From: Vicinamibacteria bacterium
GTDB lineage: Bacteria; Acidobacteriota; Vicinamibacteria; Marinacidobacterales; Marinacidobacteraceae
Assembly: GCA_963668695.2 (NCBI GenBank)
Contig: CAXXLQ010000004.1
Location: 640,001 to 704,000 of the forward strand
Length of the DNA stretch: 64,000 nt
Reading direction: 5' to 3'
Part shown: piece by piece, positions 9,836 through 18,767 of the stretch
How positions within the stretch are numbered: position 1 is the first letter of the stretch
How the letters are laid out: each line of letters begins with the position of its first letter
Notes under the pieces: model-generated
What the model saw: the letters and a program-made list of their open reading frames with translations, nothing else
Told to the model about the DNA's origin: nothing
Database searches by the model: none
Made by a program: the position numbers and the translations under genes

Positions 9836-11562
9836 CGGCTTTCCTGCTCGCGCGGAACGTGGGTCGCGCGACCCAGCACGAGACCGACGATCACCGTCAC
9901 CGCCGTCCCGATCAGGTTGTAGTAGAGGTAGGAAATGCCGGTAACCCCGAGCCACCGAGGCAGGAGGTCAGCGACCCACACGGCGGCGATCCCACAAAGA
10001 ACCGCGGGGAAGGCCCGGCGGGCGCCCCGGTTCGGGAAGATAGCGGCGAGGACAAACGCTCCGAGGATGGGACCGTAGAAGAAGGATCCCACGCGGTTTA
10101 CCGCTTCTACCGCCGACCCCAACCGCCCCATGTAAAAGGCAGCCCCGGTCGCGACCGTTCCCCAGAACACGATCCCCACCCGGCCGGCGATCAGGTCGTG
10201 CCGATCGGAAGTCGGACCGCGGAGGAAGCGGCCCCCCAAGCGGCTTCGAAAGCGGCGGTAGAAGTCCACCACGCTGGCGGTCGAGAGCGCCGATAGTTCC
10301 GACTCCACGGTGGACATCGCCGCGGCCAGCACCGCGATGAGGATCAGGCCGACGATTCCGGGGGGTAACTGGGTGAACACGAAGGTCGGGAATACGTGGT
10401 TCGTATCGCTCCATGGCTCGCCTTTCACCTCGGACGCGGTGCGCACCGCCTCGGCGCGCGTCTCCTGAAACACGAGGTCGGCAGCGACGAACCGCTCCCT
10501 GAGCGCCGCCTCCGAGGAGCCGGCATCGGCCTCGGCGAAATCGAGCGCGGCCGTCCGGCGCTCGGCGAAGGCGGTTTCGTAGCGCGCCTCCATCGCCTCC
10601 ATCTCCTCGGGTTGCGCCGCCCGCGTTTCGGCGAGAGTCACCGGATCGAAGAGCACGGGCGGCTTCTCGAACTGGTAGAAGACGAAGAGAAGCGCCCCGG
10701 TGAGCAGAATCACGAACTGCACCGGCAGCTTGGCGAAAGCGTTGAAGATCAGCGAAAAGCGGCTGTCTCGAAGCGAACGGCCGGTGAGGTAACGCTGGAC
10801 CTGGCTCTGGTCGCAGCCGAAATAGGAGAGCATCAGGAAGAGCCCGCCCAGGAGCCCCGTCCAGACGGTGTAGGTCTGGCGCGGGTCGGGGTCGAACGAC
10901 AGCGTTTCCAGGCGGCCCGTTGACCCGGCAAGCCGCAGCGCCTCCCCGAGGCTCACCTCGTCGGGCAGTCCCCAGATCACCGATCCGAGGCAGAAGAGAA
11001 TGCCGAGCATGATGATCAGCATTTGCCACGTCTCGACCCACATCACGGCGCGCATCCCGCCCATCGCGGTGTAGATCGTGGCGAACCCGCCGATAAGCAG
11101 GATCGTGACGGTCTCGTCGAGCGAGAAGACGACCGAAAGGACCACCGACGGCGCGTAGATCACCACGGCTCCGGACAGCGCCCTCCCAAACAGGAAGAGA
11201 AGGCTCGTGAGGGAGCGGGTGTGCGGACCGCAACGCTGCTCCAGAAACTCGTAGGCCGTGAACACCCGGGCGCGGTAGAACAGCGGTACCAGGGTGAAAC
11301 ACAGGATCACCATGGCGATGGGCAGGGCGAAGTAGATCTGGATGAATCGCATCCCGTCCACGTAGGCCTGGCCGGTCGTTCCGACCAGCGTGATCGCGCT
11401 CGCCTGGGTGGCCATTACCGAAAGGCCCATGGCGTACCAGGGCATGGACCGGCGGGCGAGGAAGTAGTCCTCGAGCCCTCGGTTGCCGCGCCCGGTCCGG
11501 TAGCCGACGGCGATGATCAGGCCGAAGTAGGCGGCAACGACGATCCAGTCGAGGAGCTGCAA
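9832..11562 (-). CDS. Sodium:solute symporter family transporter
   Basis: DYFLA, SVMATQASAIT, GGMRAV, DQSQVQRYL, AAAMST; many TM segments. Confidence 0.9.
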   Translation of the reverse strand: MQLLDWIVVAAYFGLIIAVGYRTGRGNRGLEDYFLARRSMPWYAMGLSVMATQASAITLVGTTGQAYVDGMRFIQIYFALPIAMVILCFTLVPLFYRARVFTAYEFLEQRCGPHTRSLTSLLFLFGRALSGAVVIYAPSVVLSVVFSLDETVTILLIGGFATIYTAMGGMRAVMWVETWQMLIIMLGILFCLGSVIWGLPDEVSLGEALRLAGSTGRLETLSFDPDPRQTYTVWTGLLGGLFLMLSYFGCDQSQVQRYLTGRSLRDSRFSLIFNAFAKLPVQFVILLTGALLFVFYQFEKPPVLFDPVTLAETRAAQPEEMEAMEARYETAFAERRTAALDFAEADAGSSEAALRERFVAADLVFQETRAEAVRTASEVKGEPWSDTNHVFPTFVFTQLPPGIVGLILIAVLAAAMSTVESELSALSTASVVDFYRRFRSRLGGRFLRGPTSDRHDLIAGRVGIVFWGTVATGAAFYMGRLGSAVEAVNRVGSFFYGPILGAFVLAAIFPNRGARRAFPAVLCGIAAVWVADLLPRWLGVTGISYLYYNLIGTAVTVIVGLVLGRATHVPREQESR

Positions 11563-11573
11563 GGAAAAGCCCG

Positions 11574-11796
11574 CTAACAGCCTATGGGCAAGGTGGCGCG
11601 AGCGCCGAGGCCAGTGAGGCCCAGTTCTCCCGGTGGGGCCAGTTCTCCCGGTGGGGGCCCGGCTGACAAGGCGCGCGAGGAAGGAATACCGAGCGTATTT
11701 CGACCGAAGCGCAACGATGAGCGACGCGAAACGGAGTGGTTCAGCCGGGATGCATCGCCGGTCAAACGCCGCGTGACTTTGTCCATAGGCTGCTAA
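11574..11796. mobile_element. MITE-like element (family A) between the small membrane protein and SSS genes
   Basis: CTAA-CAGCCTATGG...CCATAGGCTG-CTAA; tandem 18-nt module pair. Confidence 0.85.
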
Positions 11797-11930
11797 GACC
11801 CGAAGACCCGGGAGAACACGAAGAGGAGGATGTAGACGGAGAGAGTGGTCAGCAGCACGGCCGCATAGAGCCGCCGCCAGGAGCGGAAGAACCCCCGCCG
11901 AGAGGGGGGTTGATCGGTTGGGTTCTGCAT
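11793..11930 (-). CDS. 45-aa single-TM protein upstream of the SSS transporter
   Basis: Manual translation MQNPTDQPPSRRGFFRSWRRLYAAVLLTTLSVYILLFVFSRVFGS*; GGAG RBS; too short for the ORF track. Confidence 0.7.
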   Translation of the reverse strand: MQNPTDQPPSRRGFFRSWRRLYAAVLLTTLSVYILLFVFSRVFGS

Positions 11931-12031
11931 GGGGCTCCCGGCTAGACTGACTGGCCGGGCCGGACGCTTATCGGCCCGCGCCGGGAGATTCTAGGAGGCG
12001 GGGCCTTCTCCTCCCAGGCAAAGGGAGCGCA

Positions 12032-14791
12032 GTGATGACTACTCCACGAAGGATGCGACGGTTCGCGCCTTTGACTCTCGCGCTGTCGGTCGCGGCAATG
12101 GTCGCGGCCGGCGCCCCGTCCGCCTCGGCCCAACTTCGCCCCCTCGCCGAAGATCGCGGCGCCACCGGACTGGGTCTCGCGCTCCGAAAGATCGAGAGCG
12201 GCGTCTCGGTGCTCACCATCACGGCGCACCCCGACGACGAGAACAACGCCCTGCACGCCTTGCTCAGCCGCGGCCTGGGCGCGAGGGTTTCGCTCCTGAC
12301 CCTCACCCGCGGCGGCGGCGGACAAAACGAGATCGGCCCCGAACTCTTCGATGGACTGCGGTTGCTCCGCACCGAAGAACTCCGGACGTCCCACCGGCTC
12401 GACGGGGTGGAGCAGTACTTCGGAATGGTCTCCGACTTCGGATACTCGTTCAGCGTCGAGGAGACCTTCGAGAAATGGGGCCACGAGCAGACGCTCGGCG
12501 AGGTGGTGCGGATGCTCCGGACCCTTCGGCCCGACGTGGTCATCACCCTGCCGCCTGCCGGGACCGGCGGCGGCCAGCACCATCAAGCGGCGGGCCGGCT
12601 CGCCCACGAGGCCTTCGACGCGGCCGGGGATCCGGACCGCTTCCCGGAGCACGCGGAACTCGGTCTGATGCCCTGGCGGCCGCTGCGCCTGCTGGTGGGA
12701 GGCGTGGGCGGCGGGTCGGCGGCCGGCGAGGCGCGGACCGTCCGCATCGAGACCGCGGTCTGGGATCCGCTTCTCGGCCGCACCTATGCGGACCTCGGAC
12801 AGGAAGCGCGTTCGGCGCACCGCTGCCAGGGAATGGGCCAGGTGCGTGGCGGGCCGACCGGATTTCCCTCGGTGCTGGTGGAAACGCGCGGAGCGCAGGA
12901 CGGCGCCGCGCTCGGGCCGGAAGGGGCCGACGGCCTCTTTGCGGGGATTCCGACCGGGGTAGAGCGCCTGGGGGATTTCGTGGCCGGCACTCCGGAAGCG
13001 ACCGCAGAGGCCACGTCCAGGCTGGTCGCCCTCCGCCAGGCCGTAGCCCAGGCCGCTCAGGCTTTTTCGGCGATCGCGCCGGCAGACACGCTTCCGGGTC
13101 TCCGGAAGGCGCTGACCGCGGCGCGAAGCCTGCGGCGCGAAGCCCTTCCCGACGGGCTCACCAGTGAGAGCCGGGACGAGATCGAGCATCGGATGGCGCT
13201 TCGGGAAGTCCAGATCCAGCGCGCGATTGCGCTCGCCCACGGACTCGTGGTGGACGCGGTAGCGGAGTCCGGGGTGGTTGTTCCGGGCGGCAGTTTCGGG
13301 GCGCAGATCTCTGTCCTTGGCGGCCCCGCCGCGGCCACGATCACCGGAATCGAAATCGAGGCACCCGATGGCTGGGAGGTCAGCCAATCGCTGCCGTCCC
13401 CGGGAACGCCTCCCGGTCCCGGGCCGCGCCGGCGCCCCCTGCCCCCTCCGATCGGCCCTGACGATCTCCCCCTCGAATCGAGCCCTGCCAGCCCGCTCCG
13501 CGCGGAGTTCGGAGTCTCGGTGGGGAACGCCGCGGCCCTGAGCCGCCAGCCCTGGCGGAGCGTTCCCGGCGCGGACCGCTTTGCAGCGTGGTCGGGAGAT
13601 TTGTTCGGGCTCCCGGCGCAGCCCCCTCAGGTGGTGGCGCGCGTCGCCTTCGAGTCCGCAGGCATTCCCGTCGAGATCCGCAGCCCGGTCGAGTATCGCT
13701 ACGACGGTCCCTGGGTCGGAACGGAAAAACAAAAAGAAGTCTCGATCCTGCCGGTCGCCTCGGCGGCGATCTCACCGGAGATCGTAGTCTTCCCCCGGGG
13801 GCAGAACCCCCGCCGACTGACCGTCTCCGTGGTGTACCGGGGCGACGGAGCAGCGGGCTTCGAGGCCTCGCTCGAGGCGCCGGCGGGGTGGACCGTCTAC
13901 CCGCAGAGCAGGCCGGTCTCCTTTTCCGGAGCCGGTGAGACGCGGGTCGAGTTCGAAGTGAGCGCCCCGGACGGCGCGGCGGACGGCAGCTACCGGCTGG
14001 GCGCCGCGGTACGGCCCACCGGGGGCGGTGACCCCTTCACCGAAACCGTCCAGGAGGTCGCCTACCACCACATCGAGACCCGCTACCTCTTCCGGCCCGC
14101 CGAGGCTTCGGCACGGGTGCTTGATGCAACCGTGGCGCCGGTCCGCGTCGGATACGTCGAAGGGGTTGGGGACGAAGTCGCCGAAGCCATCGCGCAACTC
14201 GGACTGCCCCTGACCTTCCTCGACGAACAGGCGCTCGCCGAGGGAGACCTCTCGGTGTTCGACACCATCGTTCTCGGAGTGCGGGCCTACCTGGCCCGGC
14301 CCGATCTCAGGACCCACAACCAGCGCCTGCTCGATTTCGTGGCCGGCGGCGGCACGCTGCTCGTCCAGTACAACAAGTTCGAGTTCAACGCGGGGCCCTG
14401 GGGGCCTTACCCGGTGTCCGTCGGCCGGGGGCGGATCACCGCGGAAGACGCCCCGATGCAGGTGCTGATACCGGATCATCCGGTCTTCGCCGGGCCGAAC
14501 CGGATCGACGAGACCGATTGGGACGGCTGGGTGCAGGAGCGCGGACTGTATTTCCTGGCGCCGGGGGGCGATCCCGCCTATCGGGATCTGCTCGCCTCGG
14601 AGGATCCCTTCGAGTACAACGCCGGAGAAAAGCGCGGCATCCTGGTGGAGGCCCGGCACGGCGACGGACGGTGGCTCTACCTCGGTCTCGGACTCTGGCG
14701 GCAGCTTCCTGCTGGCACCCCGGGCGCCTATCGGCTGCTCGCGAATCTCCTGAGCCTCGGATACCAGCCGGACACGACCGACGAACCCTGA
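12032..14791 (+). CDS. Secreted PIG-L/LmbE family deacetylase with NEW3-like and class I glutamine amidotransferase-like C-terminal domains
   Basis: Signal peptide; AHPDDE, TRG-GGQN-IG-E, DFGYS, GQHHQ; C-terminal GWVQERGLYF. Confidence 0.85.
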   Translation: MMTTPRRMRRFAPLTLALSVAAMVAAGAPSASAQLRPLAEDRGATGLGLALRKIESGVSVLTITAHPDDENNALHALLSRGLGARVSLLTLTRGGGGQNEIGPELFDGLRLLRTEELRTSHRLDGVEQYFGMVSDFGYSFSVEETFEKWGHEQTLGEVVRMLRTLRPDVVITLPPAGTGGGQHHQAAGRLAHEAFDAAGDPDRFPEHAELGLMPWRPLRLLVGGVGGGSAAGEARTVRIETAVWDPLLGRTYADLGQEARSAHRCQGMGQVRGGPTGFPSVLVETRGAQDGAALGPEGADGLFAGIPTGVERLGDFVAGTPEATAEATSRLVALRQAVAQAAQAFSAIAPADTLPGLRKALTAARSLRREALPDGLTSESRDEIEHRMALREVQIQRAIALAHGLVVDAVAESGVVVPGGSFGAQISVLGGPAAATITGIEIEAPDGWEVSQSLPSPGTPPGPGPRRRPLPPPIGPDDLPLESSPASPLRAEFGVSVGNAAALSRQPWRSVPGADRFAAWSGDLFGLPAQPPQVVARVAFESAGIPVEIRSPVEYRYDGPWVGTEKQKEVSILPVASAAISPEIVVFPRGQNPRRLTVSVVYRGDGAAGFEASLEAPAGWTVYPQSRPVSFSGAGETRVEFEVSAPDGAADGSYRLGAAVRPTGGGDPFTETVQEVAYHHIETRYLFRPAEASARVLDATVAPVRVGYVEGVGDEVAEAIAQLGLPLTFLDEQALAEGDLSVFDTIVLGVRAYLARPDLRTHNQRLLDFVAGGGTLLVQYNKFEFNAGPWGPYPVSVGRGRITAEDAPMQVLIPDHPVFAGPNRIDETDWDGWVQERGLYFLAPGGDPAYRDLLASEDPFEYNAGEKRGILVEARHGDGRWLYLGLGLWRQLPAGTPGAYRLLANLLSLGYQPDTTDEP

Positions 14792-14832
14792 AACGGATTC
14801 CGTTCGCAAACGCCAGCAAGCGGCCGTCCGAT

Positions 14833-14868
14833 GAAATTTAGTGTTCTTTAGTCAGAATTCTAAATTTC
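14833..14868. repeat. AT-rich 36-bp palindromic site, copy 1
   Basis: GAAATTTAG-N18-CTAAATTTC; 27/36 identical to 15527-15562. Confidence 0.6.
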
Positions 14869-14910
14869 GAGACGTTCCTTGTCCTCTGTCAGCGGGACAT
14901 CTCCCTTACG

Positions 14911-15528
14911 GTGAGAGCGAAGTTGGTGTTCGCGGGTTTGCCGAATCTCCTGAGGAAGCTGGTGGACTCAAGGACTTACGCGGAACGCATGTTCCGTGTT
15001 TGTTTCCTGGACCGACTTGGCCCCGAGGATAGTGAGGACGCGATCCGCCGGCCGATCGCGGACGCAGCCCGTCCACTCGCGTTGACCGACGACTCGGTGG
15101 GCAAAATCGTCGAGAGTTCCGGCGGCTATCCGTACTTCCTGCAGTTCATTTGCAAGGAGGTGTACGACGCGTTCCTTCAGCGCGTTGGCGAGGGCCAGGA
15201 ACTGTCAGTTCCGCTTCCGGAGATTGCAAGGAAGTTGGACTCCGATTTCTTTGCCGGACGGTGGGCGCGGTGTTCCGATCGTCAGAGGGACCTGCTGGGT
15301 CTGATCGCGCGGCTCGAGAGCCCCGATACCGAGTTCGCAGTCAAGGACGTCGAAACCCTGTCCCGCGACCTCCTGGACAAACCCTTTAGTGCCAGTCACA
15401 TCGTTCAGATGTTGGCCGCGCTCGAACGCAAAGGGTTGATCTTCAAAGATCGGCGGGCACGCTACGCCTTCGCTGTCCCGCTGTTCGGGCAGTTCATCCG
15501 CAGGGAACTCGCCAGCGCAGCCGCCTGA
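14911..15528 (+). pseudogene. C-terminal fragment of an AAA-type ATPase with winged-helix domain
   Basis: AGLPNL...RTYAERMF, SGGYPYFLQ, LERKGLIFK; Walker A/B region absent. Confidence 0.7.
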
Positions 15529-15562
15529 AGTTTAGAGTCGTTTAGTCTGGATCCTAAATTCG
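15527..15562. repeat. AT-rich 36-bp palindromic site, copy 2
   Basis: GAAGTTTAG-N18-CTAAATTCG. Confidence 0.6.
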
Positions 15563-15762
15563 GACTGATATCGCATCTGCGGATGCGTCTTCGGGGCCGA
15601 ACAGTTCCGCCGCAGCGATGGGAAAGGAGCGGGTGCGTCCCGTCGAAGACCCGGAAGCGGTGAGTCTGCATCGCGAATCGCGTACTCTCTCGCCGCTTTG
15701 GCCAGTCGCACTAGGTTCGCGGGGAGCGACACTGGAATCTGCTGCACCGGGCGACGGACGGT

Positions 15763-17211
15763 ATGACGCGCGAGCGGATCGGACTGGTTCTCGGGCTGGC
15801 CCTGCTGGTCGGGATCGCCGTCTTCCCGATTCCCGGAATCCCCGACGAGGCGCGCCGAATGCTGGCGGTGGCCGCGATCATGGCCACCTGGTGGGTTACC
15901 GAGGCGGCGCCGCTGGCGGTGACGTCGCTGCTGCCGCTGGTGCTGCTCCCGGTGCTCGGGATCACGAACGCGGCGGGAGCGGCCGCGCCCTACGCGAACC
16001 ACCTCGTCTACCTCTTCCTCGGGGGATTCATGATCGCCCAGGCGATGCAGCGCTGGAACCTGCACCGCCGGTTCGCTCTCCGGATCGTGATGGCGATGGG
16101 CAGTTCACCGCCCCGCCTGGTGCTCGGGTTCATGGTGGCGTCCGCCTTCCTCTCCATGTGGGTCTCGAACACGGCCACCACGGCGATGATGATGCCCATC
16201 GGAGTGGCGGTGGTCGCGGAGATCTCGCGCGCGGTACACGGAGAGCGGCGCCCCGCGCCCGGGGAGTTCCCCTTCGCGGTGTGCCTGATGCTCGGCTGCG
16301 CCTACGGCGCGTCCATTGGGGGATTCGCAACCCTGATCGGAACCCCTCCCAACGTGTTCCTCGCCGGCTTCCTCGAGGAGGAGATGGGCATCCAGATCAC
16401 CTTCGTGCGTTGGCTCGCTTTCGCCATGCCGCTGACCATCATCTTCCTGCCGGCGACCTGGCTCTGGCTCACCAAGTTCGCATTTCCGATCCGCATCCGG
16501 GATATCCCCGGCGGGGTGGCGCCCGTGCGCGCCGCCTACGCGGCGCTCGGGCCGATCTCGACCCCGGAAAAGAGGCTCACCGCCCTCTTCGGCGGGACCG
16601 CTCTCCTTTGGGTGCTGCGTCCGGTCTGGACCCAGTTTCTGCCAACCGGGAGCTTCATCACCGACTCCACGATCGCCATGGCGGCGACGGTGCTGTGCTT
16701 CCTCGTTCCCGCCGGGAACACCGGCTCCCGGGAGCGCATCCTGAACTGGGAGTGGGGAGTGCGCATCCCCTGGGATGTCCTCATCCTGATCGGTGGGGGG
16801 TTTTCGCTCGCGAACGGGTTGGAGGTGAGCGGCCTCTCGCAAGTCCTCGGTGACCGCCTTGCCGGGGCCTCGGCGCTCCCCACGGCCCTGTTCGTGGTGC
16901 TGGTGGTGGTCTTCATCATTCTGCTGACCGAACTTGCCTCGAACCTGGCCTCGACCGCGATGATGGTTCCCATCCTCGCCGCGGTGGCCGTCGGCGCCGC
17001 CATCCCGCCTCTGATGCTGCTGGTGCCGGTCACCGTCGCCGCCTCCTGCGCCTTCATGTTGCCGGCGGCCACTCCTCCGAACGCCATCGTGTTCGGGACC
17101 GGCCACTTCACCATCCCCCAGATGGTGCGCGCCGGGATCGGCGTGAACATCATCGGCGCCATCCTCACCTGCCTGTTCGCCGTCTTCTGGCTGCCGGTGG
17201 TCTTTGGCTGA
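15763..17211 (+). CDS. SLC13/DASS family sodium-coupled anion symporter
   Basis: WWVTEA, SNTATTAMM, IGTPPN, ATPPNAIV motifs. Confidence 0.9.
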   Translation: MTRERIGLVLGLALLVGIAVFPIPGIPDEARRMLAVAAIMATWWVTEAAPLAVTSLLPLVLLPVLGITNAAGAAAPYANHLVYLFLGGFMIAQAMQRWNLHRRFALRIVMAMGSSPPRLVLGFMVASAFLSMWVSNTATTAMMMPIGVAVVAEISRAVHGERRPAPGEFPFAVCLMLGCAYGASIGGFATLIGTPPNVFLAGFLEEEMGIQITFVRWLAFAMPLTIIFLPATWLWLTKFAFPIRIRDIPGGVAPVRAAYAALGPISTPEKRLTALFGGTALLWVLRPVWTQFLPTGSFITDSTIAMAATVLCFLVPAGNTGSRERILNWEWGVRIPWDVLILIGGGFSLANGLEVSGLSQVLGDRLAGASALPTALFVVLVVVFIILLTELASNLASTAMMVPILAAVAVGAAIPPLMLLVPVTVAASCAFMLPAATPPNAIVFGTGHFTIPQMVRAGIGVNIIGAILTCLFAVFWLPVVFG

Positions 17212-17369
17212 CGGGGCGGAGGGCGGTCGCGCGGTGAGCGATCGCCCCCCGCCCTCCCGAGGTGACAAAGTGGGTGTCGTTTATCCGGGACACATTGGGT
17301 GTCGCTTGACAAGCGTTTCGCCATCCCAGATTGGGTCCCGGCTATGGGCGACGGTAGCGGCGGGAGTTT

Positions 17370-17517
17370 CGCGGCCTGCGGCCGCGATGCCGGTCTGAAG
17401 GCCGCTACCGCGAGAACCGACCGGCGCTCCCAGCCCTCCCCGCGCTTTTTCTTCATCGGGAGTACGCGCTTTCGCGGCCCTCCGGGCCGCGATGCCGACC
17501 TGAAGGTCGGCGTTCCC
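17370..17517. repeat. Two REP-like family B hairpin units
   Basis: CGCGGCCTGCGGCCGCGATGCCGGTCTGAAGGCCG and CGCGGCCCTCCGGGCCGCGATGCCGACCTGAAGGTCGGCGTTCCC; reverse-complement match to 2999-3042. Confidence 0.6.
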
Positions 17518-17523
17518 GCACGG

Positions 17524-17573
17524 CCTCACCTGCCTGTTCGCCGTCTTCTCGGTGCCGGTGGTCTTCGGTTGAC
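17524..17573 (+). repeat. Duplicate of the last 50 nt of the DASS gene
   Basis: 46/50 identical to 17163-17212, including the TGA stop. Confidence 0.8.
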
Positions 17574-17611
17574 CGCTTCGGTTGATCGGGGGCCATTAGC
17601 ATTCCGGTGCC

Positions 17612-18295
17612 ATGAACGTCGCCGCCAAGGACCGCTTCACCACCCGCCTGTGGGCCGGGATCGAATCCATCTATGCGGAGATCCTCCGCCACCCCTTCCT
17701 CGACGGCCTTGCCGACGGCACCCTCGACCGGCAGGCATTCCGCTTCTACGTGATCGAGGACGCCCTCTACCTCCACGAATTCGCGCGGGCCGTGGCCATC
17801 CTCGGCGGCAAGGCTCCGCACCCGGACATCACCGAGGCGCTCTGCGGTGACGCGGTAGCCACGATTCAGGGAGAGCGCGAACAACTGGGGCAGTTCCTGA
17901 CCGAGCTCGGCAGCTCCCGCGAGGAACTCTTCACCCGCCCGCCAGCTCCCACAAACCGCGCCTACACCAGTTATTTCCTGTCGCAGGTCCATTCGCGGCC
18001 CTTCCACGAAGGACTCGCCGCCGTCCTTCCCTGCTACTGGATCTACGCCGAAGTGGGCAAGGAACTGCTGAAGCGTCCTCCCTCGCCGGATCCGCTCTAC
18101 CGCCGCTGGATCGAAAGCTACGGCAGCGAGGAGTACGACGCGGTCGTGCAGCGGGTCGTGCGCCTGACGGACGAGGCCGCCGAGGGTCTCGGCGACCAGG
18201 CCCGCCGGGCGATGGCCCGCCACTTCGCCATGAGTTCGCGCTACGAGTGGATGTTCTGGGACATGGCCTGGCGGCAGGAAGCCTGGCCGCTCTAG
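17612..18295 (+). CDS. tenA: Thiaminase II / TenA
   Basis: HPFL, FRFYVIEDALYL, LPCYWIY, YEWMFW motifs. Confidence 0.9.
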   Translation: MNVAAKDRFTTRLWAGIESIYAEILRHPFLDGLADGTLDRQAFRFYVIEDALYLHEFARAVAILGGKAPHPDITEALCGDAVATIQGEREQLGQFLTELGSSREELFTRPPAPTNRAYTSYFLSQVHSRPFHEGLAAVLPCYWIYAEVGKELLKRPPSPDPLYRRWIESYGSEEYDAVVQRVVRLTDEAAEGLGDQARRAMARHFAMSSRYEWMFWDMAWRQEAWPL

Positions 18296-18711
18296 CCGCC
18301 CGGGGAGCAAGCACCCCGCATGGCGCCCCGGGGGAGAAACACACCGAGTCTCGGAGGTTCTTGGCATGCAGGGCGCTTTCTCCCCGGGCAAGCAGCCTGT
18401 AGACAGAGTCTCGTGGCGTTCGAGCGGCGTTGCATCCCGGCTGAACCGCCCCGCTTCGCGTGGCTCATCGTTGCGCTTCGGTCGAAATACACCCGGTATG
18501 CCTCCCTCGCGCGCCTTGTCAGCCGGACCCCCACCGGGAGAACTGGGCCTCGCCCCCACCGGGAGGACTGGCCGCTCTCGGCGCTCACGCCACTCTGTCC
18601 ACAGGCTGCTGGTGGCGCGAATCGCTCCGCGATTCCCTCCACCGTTTCTCGCGGGGAGGGGAAACCGTCTCCCCACACCCCTCCCCCGCGACGCTCCGCG
18701 CCGCGCGACCC
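18296..18711. repeat. Composite repeat: ~90-nt IR unit + family A MITE (18393-18608) + ~95-nt unit
   Basis: Flanking units match the reverse complement of 61301-61497 (AAGCACCCCGCATGG...GGGCGCTTTC; CGCGATT...CCACCGTTT...GGGGAGGGGAAACC...CTCCCCACACCCC...GCTCCGCGCCGC). Confidence 0.8.
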
Positions 18712-18767
18712 CTAAAGTCGCCTTTCTCCACAGCCTGCCAAGGAGGGAGAGGCGAGAGGGCTGAGTC

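Noticed and set aside
7493-9922. Long plus-strand ORFs opposite dtd/ClC (and similar ones opposite fusA, rpoB, rpoC, secY)
   Set aside because: Antisense shadows typical of high-GC codon usage, with no protein motifs.
11574-11796. Short ORFs encoded by the repeats (MDKV.../MGKV...)
   Set aside because: Arise on both strands from the inverted ends, lack an RBS, and frames are not conserved among copies.
14833-15562. 36-bp repeats as CRISPR repeats or integron attC sites
   Set aside because: Only two copies about 660 nt apart, and no RYYYAAC/GTTRRRY ends.
17212-17611. TPP riboswitch upstream of tenA
   Set aside because: No CTGAGA or CCTGA..GGATAATGCC core motifs visible.
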